From a virus (Duplodnaviria; Caudoviricetes), in IMG/VR virus record IMGVR_UViG_3300042566_000389, positions 1 to 56,184 of that record: 56,184 nucleotides of DNA; one strand, given 5' to 3'. Of the stretch, positions 35,794 through 47,055 are shown piece after piece. The notes under the pieces were generated by a model that was given only the letters and a program-made list of their open reading frames with translations, was not told where the DNA came from and did no database searches. The number at the start of each line of letters is the position of its first letter. The stretch's first letter is position 1. The translations under genes and the position numbers were made by a program.

Positions 35794-36884
35794 TGGCTGG
35801 TCTCGCCGGTTTAGGTGGCTTCGCTCAGGGCATGACCCAGGGCTTGAACAACGGTATTCAAATGGGCAAGGCGGCGCAAGAGCGTGAGAAGTATCAGCTT
35901 GAGCGCCCAATCCTTCAGGCGAATGCGCAGAAGGCCGAGCAGGAAATGACGTTCCAGCAGGACTATGCAGAACGGTTGAAACAGATCTACGCAGAGGGCG
36001 CTGGTGGTGAAGTCCAGAACGAAGACGGCACCGTTACTACCAAGCCACCGCTGGATCCAATCACGATGGAGCTGCGTGCGTCTGACGCAATGAAGCAGTC
36101 CATGTTCAAGGCTGGCATCAACGACATCAAGCGTCTGAAAGAAGCACGCGAGTACAGCAAGATGATCGAAGAGGAGGGTGTCATGGACGCGATGCAATAC
36201 GCGCTCAAGAACCCGAATGATCAGGCGGGTATTCGTGAGCGCTTCAACGCCAATGGAAAAATCAAGCTTGGCGAAGACGTGACGATCGGAATCGAGCAGG
36301 GCGACTTCGGCCCGAAGGTTGTCGGCTACAAGGTTGGCGCAGATGGCAAACAGGTCAAAGCTTTTGATGGCTCTGATCTATTGAAGCCGTATGTCAGTGC
36401 GCAAACCCTGGCTCAGATCGAAGCTCAGAAAGACATTACCAGCGTCAAGGAACGAGGCGACGACCGTCGTACTGCATTGACAACTGGCGCAACGATTGAA
36501 GCTGCACGACTGCGTGAAACCGCAGCGGATAAGCGTCAGCGTGCTATGGATGACCGTCAGGACAAGCGTGATCAAAATGCCTTTGATCGCCAATCTCGAG
36601 CAGAAGCAGCCAAGCAACTCCGTGACGATATTCAAAGCATCCAGACTGGTGTTACTGCTGACATCGGCGCGGCTCTTCGCAACAGCATGAACTCGATCGA
36701 TTCCGACCGCACCATCATTATCAACCGTGAAGCGGCGGCTCTGGCTGAATCTCTCTACCGTGATGACCCGCACTATCGCAACCGTCCGAACGCTGCACGA
36801 GCCGATGCTTCTGCTGCAGTGCTGAAGAAATACGGAATCAGTACAGACCCAACTTTCGTAAAACCCAATCCTCCTAAGAAGTGA
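35793..36884 (+). CDS. DNA ejection protein 2
   Basis: GLGGFAQG N-terminus, helical, second of three ejection genes. Confidence 0.7.
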   Translation: MAGLAGLGGFAQGMTQGLNNGIQMGKAAQEREKYQLERPILQANAQKAEQEMTFQQDYAERLKQIYAEGAGGEVQNEDGTVTTKPPLDPITMELRASDAMKQSMFKAGINDIKRLKEAREYSKMIEEEGVMDAMQYALKNPNDQAGIRERFNANGKIKLGEDVTIGIEQGDFGPKVVGYKVGADGKQVKAFDGSDLLKPYVSAQTLAQIEAQKDITSVKERGDDRRTALTTGATIEAARLRETAADKRQRAMDDRQDKRDQNAFDRQSRAEAAKQLRDDIQSIQTGVTADIGAALRNSMNSIDSDRTIIINREAAALAESLYRDDPHYRNRPNAARADASAAVLKKYGISTDPTFVKPNPPKK

Positions 36885-36887
36885 TCA

Positions 36888-39800
36888 ATGGCTGAACTTT
36901 ACAAATCCGCAGACGAGGCATCACGAGAGGTGCGCAGCACTGGGCAAACAGGTCAACTGGGAACAGAAGACCAGGCCCGGATGGAGCCATCTCGCACCGC
37001 GATTACGCCTCCTGATGCGGCAGTACCAGCAACACCCGCAGCTCCTCCAGAGCGCTATGTCAGCCCGATTCTGTCGGCGTATGAGAAAGCGCCGCTTGGT
37101 GCGCCAGTGGCGAATCAGACAGCGGAAGAGCCATACGAGTCTACGATCCTTAAGAACTACCGCGCCAGCTATGAATACGATCGAGCTGAGGCGGCAAAGA
37201 ATGCACCAGCTCCAGTAGCTGGAAACAAAGACGGCAACTTTGGTACTGACCTGGTTGCGTTGACAGCCCTTGGCGTTGACAACCTGGCTGCAAATGCACG
37301 CGAGTTGATTGGTCGCGTCCCTGGTATTGGCAAGTCAATCGTTAACGGGCTGGATGCAATCGACCGCTGGACTACCGGTAAAGGTAGTGATCAGCTGATT
37401 CGTGAAAGCACGCAGAAAAGTAAAGAAGCTCTTACGCCAGAGATGACGTCGGCGCAGAACAAGCAGTGGTGGGATTCGGAAGCCGGTTCATTTGGTTCGG
37501 CATGGACTGACCCGCGCAGCTACATCAGCGGAATCGTCCAGTCTCTGCCAGAACAAGCTATCTCGATGGGGCCTGCGCTTCGTCTGGCTAAGGGCGTGTA
37601 CTCAGCCAAGATCGCCGCAGGTGCATCAAAAGAGATTGCAGCGGCAGCAGCCGCACGTGCAGCCACAATTGCTGGCGGCATCTCTGAAGGTGCTTTGGCT
37701 GGCGCTGGCTCAGCCCGTGAAGTGCGTGACCAGGTGATGGCTCTTGATCCAAAGATCCTCGAGCAGTCACAGGCGTTCCAGACCTTGATCGGTCAGGGCA
37801 TGGATCCGGTTGAGGCAAAGTCGGCTCTGGCTGAAGACCTTGCAACTCAGGCGTTCATCACGTCAGGCGTAATCACAGGCGCATTCGGTGGATTTGGTGA
37901 TCGCGTCCTGGCGAAAGCAATCACGACTGGCCTTGGCAAAAACATGATCACCCGCGGCTTCAAAGGCGCTATCGGTGAAGGTGTGCTTGAGGAATTCCCA
38001 CAGGAATATGGATCGAAAGTCGCGCAGAACCTGGCTTTGCAGCAGGCTGATTCGCGTGTTGGTGCGTTCGATGATGCGCTCAACAGCGGTCTTGGCGGTC
38101 TAGCCACAGGCGGTATCCAGGGTGGCGCAATGACTGCCATCGGCGGAAAGAACGCAGGCGAACCCAAGACCCAGGAAGTGACTGATACAGACGGCAACGT
38201 CACGGTGAAGTACAACACCGAGGTCAACCAAAACAACCAGGATCAGGCACGCCAATTCAAGATGACGGATGACGAGTTCAACTCGCGCATCCAGAACCCT
38301 GCCTACATGGCAGCTGAGTACCTGATGTCTGATGACGGTACTCGCGCACTCCTGCGTCAGGCCAATCCTGACATGGACTTCAACTCCATGATCAAAGATC
38401 AAGAGCTGGTCAATCAGGGATTGGAGATGCGCACCAATGATCCAGCCTGGAACTCATTCTTCACTCGACTGGAGGAGACCGGACAAGGCAAGCCGGGCAC
38501 TTCTTCGCCTGCTGATATTAGCGATCCTAATAAGGACGCTCCGTTCGATCCATCGGATACGGCTGACAACCCCGCTCCACGTTTCACGCCTAGCCGCGCA
38601 AACATGGACATCGCTGGTGATCTGGCCAGCCAGGGGATTGATGAGGCTGAGGGCGTATTCACCCGCAACAAGCCAGGTGCAGATCAAAGCAATCAGCAAC
38701 TCACTAGCGGCCCGGAGCAAACCGAGAGCGCCACGAATCCAGAGATGGATGTCCTGCGCGAGGGCTACAGCCGTGAGGTTCGCAACATTGAGGCGATGAC
38801 AGATCCTGCTCGCCAGCGCTACACGGCAGACCAGGCCATCACCAGCATGATCCGTTCAGGCTTCACGTTTGATGAAGCCAACCAGATGTTTGGTCAGTTC
38901 ATCACGCCGATCGAGGCAACCGATGTTGCTGACACTGGTGCGACTGAGCAACAAGCTCCGGTTGAAACGGTCAGCGAAAGACTGCAGACATTCAACAAGG
39001 TTCGCAAGAATCTGGTTAAGCAAGACAACGGCAAGTGGAAAGTTGATTCCACTGAAGCCGACTACGCCCCTGCCAACCTGTCGCCAGACATCTACAAGAT
39101 CGCCTCTATGTTTGGCGTGAAGGTGGTCGGGTTCAAGTACACGGGCAAAGATCCAAAGATGGCACGTCGAGCTGGCTTGTCCACGCCTGACGGTATTGCC
39201 CTGAACGCTAGCGTGCGTGATCAGTTCCTGACCGTGTTTGGTCACGAGGTCTATCACAACCTATCCAAGCGTGACAAAGCCCTCGCCAAAGAACTTGAGG
39301 CGCGGGTGCTGGAGTACATCTCCGAGGAAGGCCGCGAGGCAATGCGCACCAAGCTGGCGAACATCGGCTATGACGCATCCAAGATGGACGAGGAGACGGT
39401 TGCTGATGTCATGGGCATCATGTTCCAGGACGCTCAGTTCTGGGAGAAGTTGAGCCAGGAAAAACCTAGCCTAGTGCAGCGTGTGATGCGCGTCATTGAT
39501 GACTTGATTCGCCGCTTTGGTCAGTTGAACAACCGCTCAGAACTTGTCGCGTTGCACATCCAGGAAATGGAAACCGTGCGCGACATGATGGCTGATTTCG
39601 TCACGCAGGCTCTGGACAAGCAACAGGCTCAGACCACCGCAATTGATGAGTCAATCGAGATTGGTGATGACCCTGTGGGTCAGTTCAAAGCGATTGCAGC
39701 GACCGGTAACAAATCTGCTGCAGCCAAGTTCTTCAAAGAAGCAAAGCTGTTCCCAGTCATGGGCAACTTCAACGTGGCGTATGACGAGGCGAACAAGCCT

Positions 39801-42800
39801 GCACCTGCGCCAGTGGAGAAGGTTGCTCCAGTACAGAAAGCTGCAGCTCCGGTTGAGACCTTGCCTGGAGATATGCCGCCTCTGCGTGAAGCTGACAACC
39901 AGGACACATCACCTCCTCGCAAGCCTGGCAAGTTTGAGAACGGCACAGCTATCGACGCTGGCACGTACTCACCGCCACTCAAGGCAGAAGCAACAGACCT
40001 TGGCACAGCCGCCAAGGAGACTGATGCTCAGCGTAAGGAACGCGTCAAGTCAAAAGCTGCAGCAGCTCGCAAGACATATTCAGACGGCGTTGCACGCGCA
40101 ATCATCAACCAGGATCTCGATTCCAAAGGTGATGGCGTTGTCACTCCAAAGGTTGAGTACGAGTTCCTGAAGGGCAAAGACGCTGAGGGCAACCCGATTG
40201 TGGTTGGCAAGGTGTTATCGGCCAACGGCAAGTACTACCGCTTCAACATCAAGCCTGACGGCAGCTTCAACTACGGCACCGCTGACAACGTTGGCGCTGT
40301 CATTGCCAAGCTCCCAGAGGGCGCTACGTTGCGTCGTGTCCGTGAAGGTGCTGACCCAGTTCAGACCAGCATGGATCTGTACGGCAACAAAGAGCAGGCC
40401 AACAAGTTCAAGGCTGAAGTCCAGCGCATCATGACTCAGGCATTCACGCCAAGTCGTGTCGCCCAGGATCTAGCCGAGCTGCGTCAATCGCTTCAGGACA
40501 AGTTCCAGACCCCGTTCTTCAAGAATGGCAAGGATCGTTCTGACGCTGAGTACATCTTCAAGATGTTTGCTGACGTTGGCGCTATCAGCTCTGACGACGT
40601 GGTGCAGAAGAACGAAGAGATTGATGCCATCAAGGCAGCGATTGAGAAGCTTCAGAACCAGGACGTGCGTGCGCGTGCCGGGATGGTGAAGGTCAACGCA
40701 GCCAAGATCGATGACGCTCTGGATAACCTGCGCCGCGACATGGCTGAAGCCGGAATGAGCCAGCAGCAGATCAATGAGATCGTCGGCCCAGCTCAGGACA
40801 GCTTAGCTGCGTTGCAAGATAACAACGATGCTCAGTCTGTACTGGAAGAGACCGGTAACGACCAGCCAACCCGTGACGAGAAAACGCAGAACCTGCCAGG
40901 TCGCCAATTCTCAGACGCACGTCAGGCTGCAGCTGCCGCTGTCGATGAGATCGTCAACTCCAACACCAGCCCGATCACGATCATTCGTCGTGAGCTGAAC
41001 AAGCCCGACCGCGAGTTCACGTTCAGTGACCTGCGCAAGGAAATGGCTGCGCGTGGCATGGACATCTCTGAGATCGACCGTGAGGTTGCTCAGTGGCCTG
41101 CTGCTCAATACAGCCTCGAGTACTGGGTGAACAAGAAAGCAGGCGTGATGAACCCATACGCCGCCCGTACAGCCTGGTTCAACTCGTACAAAAACATCAT
41201 GGCCATCTACAAGGGTGAGCCAGCGATGCAAGCGCAATATGAAAAAGAACTATCGGATGTCGAGCGTCGATTCATTCGCTCTATGGAGGCGCAGCGTGAA
41301 GCTGTCCGTAACCGTCGAGACGAGGTGGTCGATGAGTTTGGCGTAGGCAAGCAGACACCTGAAGAGGCATTCCCGCACGCGCTGTTCAACAAGTACAGCC
41401 TGAACGACATGCGCAACCTGGAGGAAGCAAACATTCCCGAGGATGACGCTGCCGTGCTGCGATCACTGGTTGGTGGCAACACCACATTCCTGCCCCGTTT
41501 GTGGCTGGATGACGTGGCGTATGCGATGGATGCCCGTAAAGACCTGCGTGATCAGATCCTGGCTGGCATGAGCGATCGTGAAGCTCAGGCTGTCACACGC
41601 TACTTACAGATGTCCGCGGCTGCTCTGGCTAACAACGAGCGCATCAGCGCACTGCGTAGCTACAGCACGATGCTGGACAACATCGAAGGTCTCGACCGTG
41701 AGGCTTACGAGGCGTTCAAACAGCAGATTATCTACGCTGATCTGAAGGCTATCCCCGCTGTTCTGCAACGAGCACAAGAGATTGCCGACATCACATCTCA
41801 AGCTAAGGACAAGAAGCAGCTGGGTGAAATGCTCAGCGCCTTCCTCGACAAGGTGTATCACGAAGATGAGATGCAGTCGCGCACCTTGGATGAAACCAAG
41901 GACGAGTTCGACAAGATCGCTGGACGTGGCACACCTGAAGTAACCGACGCGGATGTGGACGGCTACCTCGAAGAGATGAATCGTCTTGGCGCACAGGAAG
42001 GGCAGCTGGATCGCACCTCTGCTCGCAACAACCTGATGTACCAGAAGATCGCCCAAGCCATCGTTGATGAGCAGCAGGGCAACATCCAGGTCAACGAGAA
42101 CGAAACACCTGCATCCACGAATGACCAGCCTGAGAACCAAGTTGGTCTGAGTGGTGACATCCAGTACAAGCGTGGTCGCTTCTCAAGTGGCCCAGCTGCA
42201 GCAACCGTGCAGGCTCACATTGCTGAGATCACCCAGAACTGGAAGAACAAGCCAAACGTCCAGGTCTTCTACAACGTAGAGCAGATCGCTGATCCTGAGC
42301 TGCGTGCACGCCTGACCGAACGAGCTGAAGCTGGCGCGTTCAAGGGTGCGATCGATCCGAACACTGGCGCTGTTTACATCTTCAGCCAGCACGTTGAGGA
42401 CGTGGCCGACGCTGAGTTCGTGATGTTCCACGAGCTGTACGGTCACTGGGGCTTGCGTCGATTCTTGGGCGACAAGCTGAACGCATTCCTTGAGAACCAG
42501 TACCGCCTGAACAAGCAGATCAAAGCCGAAGCCGATCGCCAATTCAATGATGCGATTGAAGACGGTAGCCCCATGTCACGCCTGGAGTCGGTGGAAGAAG
42601 CCATCTCCGACATGGCAACCAAAGGCGAAGGCAGTCTCTTCCGCCAGTTGATTGGTCAGCTGGTGTCTTGGCTGCGCAAGCACAACATGAACACGGTTGC
42701 TAACTGGATGGACTCCAGCGGAACAGCCGAGCTGGCGCATGTCCTGGCTGCAGCACGTAGAGTGGCACGCACTGGTGAAGGCGTTTCGCCTATGAACGGT

Positions 42801-45800
42801 GCTCCACAGAAGGTGTTGTACGCACGCAACAATAAGCCGGTTGAACTGTTCTCTACCCGTGACGACAAGCTCACTGGCTACGCCCGTATGAACCCGGTCA
42901 ACCAGTACTGGACGGTGTTCACGATTAAAGATCCTGCCACCGGAGACTTTGGCGCTATCACTGTCGAAGACCTGGGTGAGGCAACTGCAGTCCTGAAGAA
43001 GGTCGGCACGATCTCCAAGTCGAAAGACCGCGACACGCGCCAGCAGATTGACCCGAACAACCTCGAGCAGATCCCTGACTACAACAACCTGAGTGGCTGG
43101 AAGAAGTTCACCCGCAACGCTCAGATCCATTTACAGAACGTCTATCTGCCGATCTTTGAGGTGGCTCGATTCCTGGATAGCAAGGGCGTGAAGAACAGCG
43201 TGATCCAGGACTTGATCATGTACGAGTCACGTCTTGGCTACTTCGTCAATGACTTCGAGAAGCGCATCGCCAATCCAGTTCAGCGTTTATTGGCTGACGC
43301 TGGTAAGAAAGGCGCGACCGTCGAGGACATCGATGAGTACCTGATGGCACGTCACGCAGAAGAGCGTAACGACGCAATCAACACGATCAATCCAGACAAC
43401 CGCCAGGGCTCTGGCATGTCCACCAAGGAAGCGGGTGAGGCACTCAAGCGATTGGAAGCCTCTGCCTTCTCGACTGAGCTGAAAGAGATTGGCAAGTTGA
43501 TGGATCAGTTGAGCCGAGACAAGCTCAACGCGCTGCTGAATTCTGGCTTGATCAACAAGTACCAGTACGCCGCGCTGTCCAAGTACGAGCACTACGTCAA
43601 CCTGTCAGGAAACAAGGCTCTTGGCCTGGATGCGTATGACAGCAAATCTCTGGGTGGCAAGGCGTTCAACCTGAAGGGCGCTGATGTAATCCGCTCAACA
43701 GGTCGCGGCACCAAGGCGGTTGATGTTCTGCAGAACACGATGAACTCGTACCTGTCAGCCATCATCCGTGCGCAGAAGAATCGTCCTGTTACCGCCATCC
43801 TGAAGATGATGGAGCAGAACCCAGATCCGACATACGTCACGATCGAGCCAATCAAAGAGAAGAAGACGGTCAACGTTGAGCGCCTGAACTTTGATAAGCA
43901 GATCCTGCGTGTGATCGGTGATGCGCCAACAGAATTCTCCGGTCGTGAGTACCTTAAGGAATTGAAGTCACGCGTTGAAAGCGGTGAGATTGATACTGAC
44001 GATGCCTTGTCTGAACTGGCCAGCCGAATCAACGAAGCCGAACAGCGTCGAGATGGCATCACGCCGGCAGACGCAACCAAGGCTATCCGCCAGTTGAGCG
44101 AAGCCGTTGTCACATCCGCACGACTGTCGCCTGATGGCTACGTGTCAATGGTGGAAGACAACAGCCTGATGCTCGATCCGTCCGTCCTGGTTGCCAAGGT
44201 GGATGGTCGCCCTGTCGTTATGCGCTTTACTGAGCGTGGCGGTGAGTTCATCCAGTCGATCACCGGCATGAACATCCAGCAGGGCGGTGCGTTCACCGAG
44301 GCAATGGGCAAGTGGAACAGATTGTTCAGCCAGCTCGTTACCTCCTGGAACCCAGCCTGGTTGCCGATCAACTTCATCCGAGACATTCAGACTGCATTTG
44401 CCAACGCCTCATCCGATCCTCGTGTCGGTGTGAAGCTGGCCAATGAGATGCGTAAAGAGTGGATGCCTGCGCTCAAAGCTGCATGGCGCTACACCCGTAT
44501 CGAACAGGCTGAGATGAAGGGCGAGGAAAGCAAGGCCATGCTCTCTGATGAGTGGCGTGACCTGATCCAGGACTTCTACAAAGATGGTGGCGGCACGTTC
44601 TTCCTTGACCGTAAGGGCTTGGAGCAAACGCTTGACAAGATCAACCGCCATATCAACGGGCCTCACGGTGTTCGCGAGAACATTGAAAGCAAGCTAGAAG
44701 TCATTGGCGACTTCATGGATTTGCTGGCTACACCTTCTGAATTGGCACCTCGCCTAGCTGCATACAAGGTGCTCTTGAAGAACGGCTGGTCACGCGAAGA
44801 CGCTGCGCAGTACGCCAAAGAACTCACCGTCAACTTCAACATGAAGGGTGAGGGCAAGTCGTTCCGCTCGATGTACGTGTTCGCTAACCCAGCCATTCAG
44901 GGTACGTTCCGTCTGTTCCAGGATTACAGCCGCGGCGATAATGGCATTCAGCGCTTTATGCCTAGCAACCGATTCGCTGCTGTGGCTGGCACATGGATGA
45001 TGCTTGGCATGCTCGCCAACTACATCGCTCGCGCAATTGGCGGTGATGATGATGAGCGCCCAGGTGTTGACCAGCTCGACACGATCCCTGGCTTCAAGCG
45101 TTCCACCTCGCTGATCTTCATGCCGAATATGGTTGGCGGATCTATCCCTGTGGCTTACGGATGGAACCTGTTCTCCACGGCTGGCACCTACATGTTTGAT
45201 GTGATGACTGGGCGCACCAAGCCTGAAGTCGCAGCAACCAAGGTACTGGCTACGGCGTTCGATTCCCTGTCACCGCTTGGCTCTGGCGCTGAATCGAAGA
45301 CGTTGACTGGCATGGGACTGAAGACGTTCCTGCCTTCACCTCTGGTGCCTCTGGCTGAACTTGGCTTGAACGAGAACCGCTTTGGCGCTCCGATCTACAA
45401 AGAGTCGAATGCGTTCTCTGACATCAAAGAGGGCAACGCGTACATGCACTTTAACAGCGTGAACCCGCTGTCCAAGGCAGCGATGCAAGCCCTGGCACAG
45501 GCAACTAGCGACGGCAACGCACGCTACAAGCCAGGTCTGATTGACGTGAACCCTGCTGCTGTTGATTACCTGATCTCGTCGTACCTGCCAGGCTTGTTCA
45601 ACGAGGCGTACAGGTCTGCCGGATGGGCTGCTAACAAGATGGCTGGTCGTGACGTGAAGGATCTGCCAGTGCCAGTCGTTGATCGCTTCAAGGCGAAGAC
45701 ACCTGAAGGCTTTGATAACGGCGCAGTGAAGCGTGTGAGCGCAGCTGTTGACACTGTGTTCAGTGAGTTCAGTTCACGGGCAACATCGCCTGAGCGCCGC

Positions 45801-46085
45801 CAGCAAATTGTGAACGAGCACCCAAGTCTTGGAGCTGCAAAGGCTGTCGTCAGCGGGGTCAATCAAGACCTACGCAAGATCAGCAGCCAGCTTAAAGCGG
45901 CGGAAGAAGATCCGAGAATCTCTGATGCAGACAAGGTGCGGTTCCGCAACCAGATGGAAGAGCAGAAGAAATATCATGCTCGCCGTCTGGTGCAGGCCGC
46001 GGTTGCTTCAGGGTTTAAAGATGAGGTGATCGATAACAAATCCGACACCTTCATTGGCAAAGTCGGTGAACGACTCAGGAAGTGA
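36888..46085 (+). CDS. Large polyvalent DNA ejection protein (two HExxH modules, LPD38-like C-terminus)
   Basis: 3065 aa; Gly/Ala N-terminal region, GHEVYH and FHELYGH, NFIRD, AKELTVNF, N.NRFGAPIY. Confidence 0.8.
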   Translation: MAELYKSADEASREVRSTGQTGQLGTEDQARMEPSRTAITPPDAAVPATPAAPPERYVSPILSAYEKAPLGAPVANQTAEEPYESTILKNYRASYEYDRAEAAKNAPAPVAGNKDGNFGTDLVALTALGVDNLAANARELIGRVPGIGKSIVNGLDAIDRWTTGKGSDQLIRESTQKSKEALTPEMTSAQNKQWWDSEAGSFGSAWTDPRSYISGIVQSLPEQAISMGPALRLAKGVYSAKIAAGASKEIAAAAAARAATIAGGISEGALAGAGSAREVRDQVMALDPKILEQSQAFQTLIGQGMDPVEAKSALAEDLATQAFITSGVITGAFGGFGDRVLAKAITTGLGKNMITRGFKGAIGEGVLEEFPQEYGSKVAQNLALQQADSRVGAFDDALNSGLGGLATGGIQGGAMTAIGGKNAGEPKTQEVTDTDGNVTVKYNTEVNQNNQDQARQFKMTDDEFNSRIQNPAYMAAEYLMSDDGTRALLRQANPDMDFNSMIKDQELVNQGLEMRTNDPAWNSFFTRLEETGQGKPGTSSPADISDPNKDAPFDPSDTADNPAPRFTPSRANMDIAGDLASQGIDEAEGVFTRNKPGADQSNQQLTSGPEQTESATNPEMDVLREGYSREVRNIEAMTDPARQRYTADQAITSMIRSGFTFDEANQMFGQFITPIEATDVADTGATEQQAPVETVSERLQTFNKVRKNLVKQDNGKWKVDSTEADYAPANLSPDIYKIASMFGVKVVGFKYTGKDPKMARRAGLSTPDGIALNASVRDQFLTVFGHEVYHNLSKRDKALAKELEARVLEYISEEGREAMRTKLANIGYDASKMDEETVADVMGIMFQDAQFWEKLSQEKPSLVQRVMRVIDDLIRRFGQLNNRSELVALHIQEMETVRDMMADFVTQALDKQQAQTTAIDESIEIGDDPVGQFKAIAATGNKSAAAKFFKEAKLFPVMGNFNVAYDEANKPAPAPVEKVAPVQKAAAPVETLPGDMPPLREADNQDTSPPRKPGKFENGTAIDAGTYSPPLKAEATDLGTAAKETDAQRKERVKSKAAAARKTYSDGVARAIINQDLDSKGDGVVTPKVEYEFLKGKDAEGNPIVVGKVLSANGKYYRFNIKPDGSFNYGTADNVGAVIAKLPEGATLRRVREGADPVQTSMDLYGNKEQANKFKAEVQRIMTQAFTPSRVAQDLAELRQSLQDKFQTPFFKNGKDRSDAEYIFKMFADVGAISSDDVVQKNEEIDAIKAAIEKLQNQDVRARAGMVKVNAAKIDDALDNLRRDMAEAGMSQQQINEIVGPAQDSLAALQDNNDAQSVLEETGNDQPTRDEKTQNLPGRQFSDARQAAAAAVDEIVNSNTSPITIIRRELNKPDREFTFSDLRKEMAARGMDISEIDREVAQWPAAQYSLEYWVNKKAGVMNPYAARTAWFNSYKNIMAIYKGEPAMQAQYEKELSDVERRFIRSMEAQREAVRNRRDEVVDEFGVGKQTPEEAFPHALFNKYSLNDMRNLEEANIPEDDAAVLRSLVGGNTTFLPRLWLDDVAYAMDARKDLRDQILAGMSDREAQAVTRYLQMSAAALANNERISALRSYSTMLDNIEGLDREAYEAFKQQIIYADLKAIPAVLQRAQEIADITSQAKDKKQLGEMLSAFLDKVYHEDEMQSRTLDETKDEFDKIAGRGTPEVTDADVDGYLEEMNRLGAQEGQLDRTSARNNLMYQKIAQAIVDEQQGNIQVNENETPASTNDQPENQVGLSGDIQYKRGRFSSGPAAATVQAHIAEITQNWKNKPNVQVFYNVEQIADPELRARLTERAEAGAFKGAIDPNTGAVYIFSQHVEDVADAEFVMFHELYGHWGLRRFLGDKLNAFLENQYRLNKQIKAEADRQFNDAIEDGSPMSRLESVEEAISDMATKGEGSLFRQLIGQLVSWLRKHNMNTVANWMDSSGTAELAHVLAAARRVARTGEGVSPMNGAPQKVLYARNNKPVELFSTRDDKLTGYARMNPVNQYWTVFTIKDPATGDFGAITVEDLGEATAVLKKVGTISKSKDRDTRQQIDPNNLEQIPDYNNLSGWKKFTRNAQIHLQNVYLPIFEVARFLDSKGVKNSVIQDLIMYESRLGYFVNDFEKRIANPVQRLLADAGKKGATVEDIDEYLMARHAEERNDAINTINPDNRQGSGMSTKEAGEALKRLEASAFSTELKEIGKLMDQLSRDKLNALLNSGLINKYQYAALSKYEHYVNLSGNKALGLDAYDSKSLGGKAFNLKGADVIRSTGRGTKAVDVLQNTMNSYLSAIIRAQKNRPVTAILKMMEQNPDPTYVTIEPIKEKKTVNVERLNFDKQILRVIGDAPTEFSGREYLKELKSRVESGEIDTDDALSELASRINEAEQRRDGITPADATKAIRQLSEAVVTSARLSPDGYVSMVEDNSLMLDPSVLVAKVDGRPVVMRFTERGGEFIQSITGMNIQQGGAFTEAMGKWNRLFSQLVTSWNPAWLPINFIRDIQTAFANASSDPRVGVKLANEMRKEWMPALKAAWRYTRIEQAEMKGEESKAMLSDEWRDLIQDFYKDGGGTFFLDRKGLEQTLDKINRHINGPHGVRENIESKLEVIGDFMDLLATPSELAPRLAAYKVLLKNGWSREDAAQYAKELTVNFNMKGEGKSFRSMYVFANPAIQGTFRLFQDYSRGDNGIQRFMPSNRFAAVAGTWMMLGMLANYIARAIGGDDDERPGVDQLDTIPGFKRSTSLIFMPNMVGGSIPVAYGWNLFSTAGTYMFDVMTGRTKPEVAATKVLATAFDSLSPLGSGAESKTLTGMGLKTFLPSPLVPLAELGLNENRFGAPIYKESNAFSDIKEGNAYMHFNSVNPLSKAAMQALAQATSDGNARYKPGLIDVNPAAVDYLISSYLPGLFNEAYRSAGWAANKMAGRDVKDLPVPVVDRFKAKTPEGFDNGAVKRVSAAVDTVFSEFSSRATSPERRQQIVNEHPSLGAAKAVVSGVNQDLRKISSQLKAAEEDPRISDADKVRFRNQMEEQKKYHARRLVQAAVASGFKDEVIDNKSDTFIGKVGERLRK

Positions 46086-46404
46086 TTTGCTGTAGTCGAT
46101 CGACTAACTCGATAAGGGGTTTCGCTGGGACACGTGCAATACCCAGTGAAACTCCTTGCTCTTCTGCCTCATTGGCTTGGCGGATCAGCTCTTCTGCCTT
46201 GATCTTCACAAGCAGTTCCTTGATTGCCTCCAGGTGCAGACGTGGCTTGGTCATCTCACGTTCAATCTTGGTGTAGTACGCCACCATCCCTGCCATCGAG
46301 ACGTACTCACGGCGCAGGGTTTCCAAATCCATCCCCGCTACCTGATCCAACGCTTGCTGCTCAGCTTGTGCCGCGTATTCACGCGCATTGTCGTAGACGT
46401 TCAT
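46075..46404 (-). CDS. Hypothetical protein
   Basis: GAGGAG RBS before MNVYDN. Confidence 0.65.
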   Translation of the reverse strand: MNVYDNAREYAAQAEQQALDQVAGMDLETLRREYVSMAGMVAYYTKIEREMTKPRLHLEAIKELLVKIKAEELIRQANEAEEQGVSLGIARVPAKPLIELVDRLQQITS

Positions 46405-46415
46405 AACAGCTCCTC

Positions 46416-46559
46416 TCATGATGCCAATTTGTACAGACCGATGTTAGCGAACGCGTATCCGATATAAGCCATACACATCCCCGCATTGCCCTTCAACCCT
46501 TGCTCGATCGCCACGTATGCGTAGATCGCGCCTGTCACTGCTATCAACCACCCGCTCAT
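46416..46559 (-). CDS. 47-aa two-TM membrane protein (absent from the ORF track)
   Basis: MSGWLIAVTGAIYAYVAIEQGLKGNAGMCMAYIGYAFANIGLYKLAS; coupled start. Confidence 0.65.
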   Translation of the reverse strand: MSGWLIAVTGAIYAYVAIEQGLKGNAGMCMAYIGYAFANIGLYKLAS

Positions 46560-46819
46560 GTGTTTTCCCCTGTTGCTTTGGCGAGTGCGGCTCTGGCTTG
46601 CGTCAATAACTTTAACGATCTACCCGCAAACCCGATAATCGTTTGACTTTCTTTGGCGGCAACATCAAACGCTTTCAACACCTCCACCAACTCCTGATTC
46701 ACCTCATGCAAGCGGCGTAGTTCGTCTGCGGCGGCTTCACGCCATCGGTGCGTCCCTGCGATCCATTCACCGTTATCTGCTTCTTCAGCCAAACGTAATG
46801 CTTCTGGTTGTGTGTTCAT
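46556..46819 (-). CDS. Hypothetical protein
   Basis: QPEALRLA..AADELRRLH..ARAALAKATG, typical phage early ORF. Confidence 0.7.
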   Translation of the reverse strand: MNTQPEALRLAEEADNGEWIAGTHRWREAAADELRRLHEVNQELVEVLKAFDVAAKESQTIIGFAGRSLKLLTQARAALAKATGENT

Positions 46820-47055
46820 TTTGTTTTCCCCAAGAACAGCGGCTCAGCATCCTCAACCGGGAACGGCTCCGACTTATCCATATAGTAATAACGGTTGCCT
46901 CTCCTGATACGCCAGGCCACAGGCTTATCCGGTTCATCAACAGGAAAGAACTCCTCATCCTGTTTGTATAGAAGCCAGAACACGAAGTTAATTGCGCAAT
47001 ACACAGCCGCCAGCACCAGGGCGATTAGCGCGATTGCATTCAGGAAGTTACTCAC
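46816..47055 (-). CDS. Hypothetical membrane protein
   Basis: N-terminal TM, PVAW motif. Confidence 0.6.
   Translation of the reverse strand: MSNFLNAIALIALVLAAVYCAINFVFWLLYKQDEEFFPVDEPDKPVAWRIRRGNRYYYMDKSEPFPVEDAEPLFLGKTK

Noticed and set aside
35781-35795. GGGGAAAAAA slippery site fusing ejection proteins 1 and 2
   Set aside because: Not in canonical X XXY YYZ phase; the TAATG overlap is explained by translational coupling
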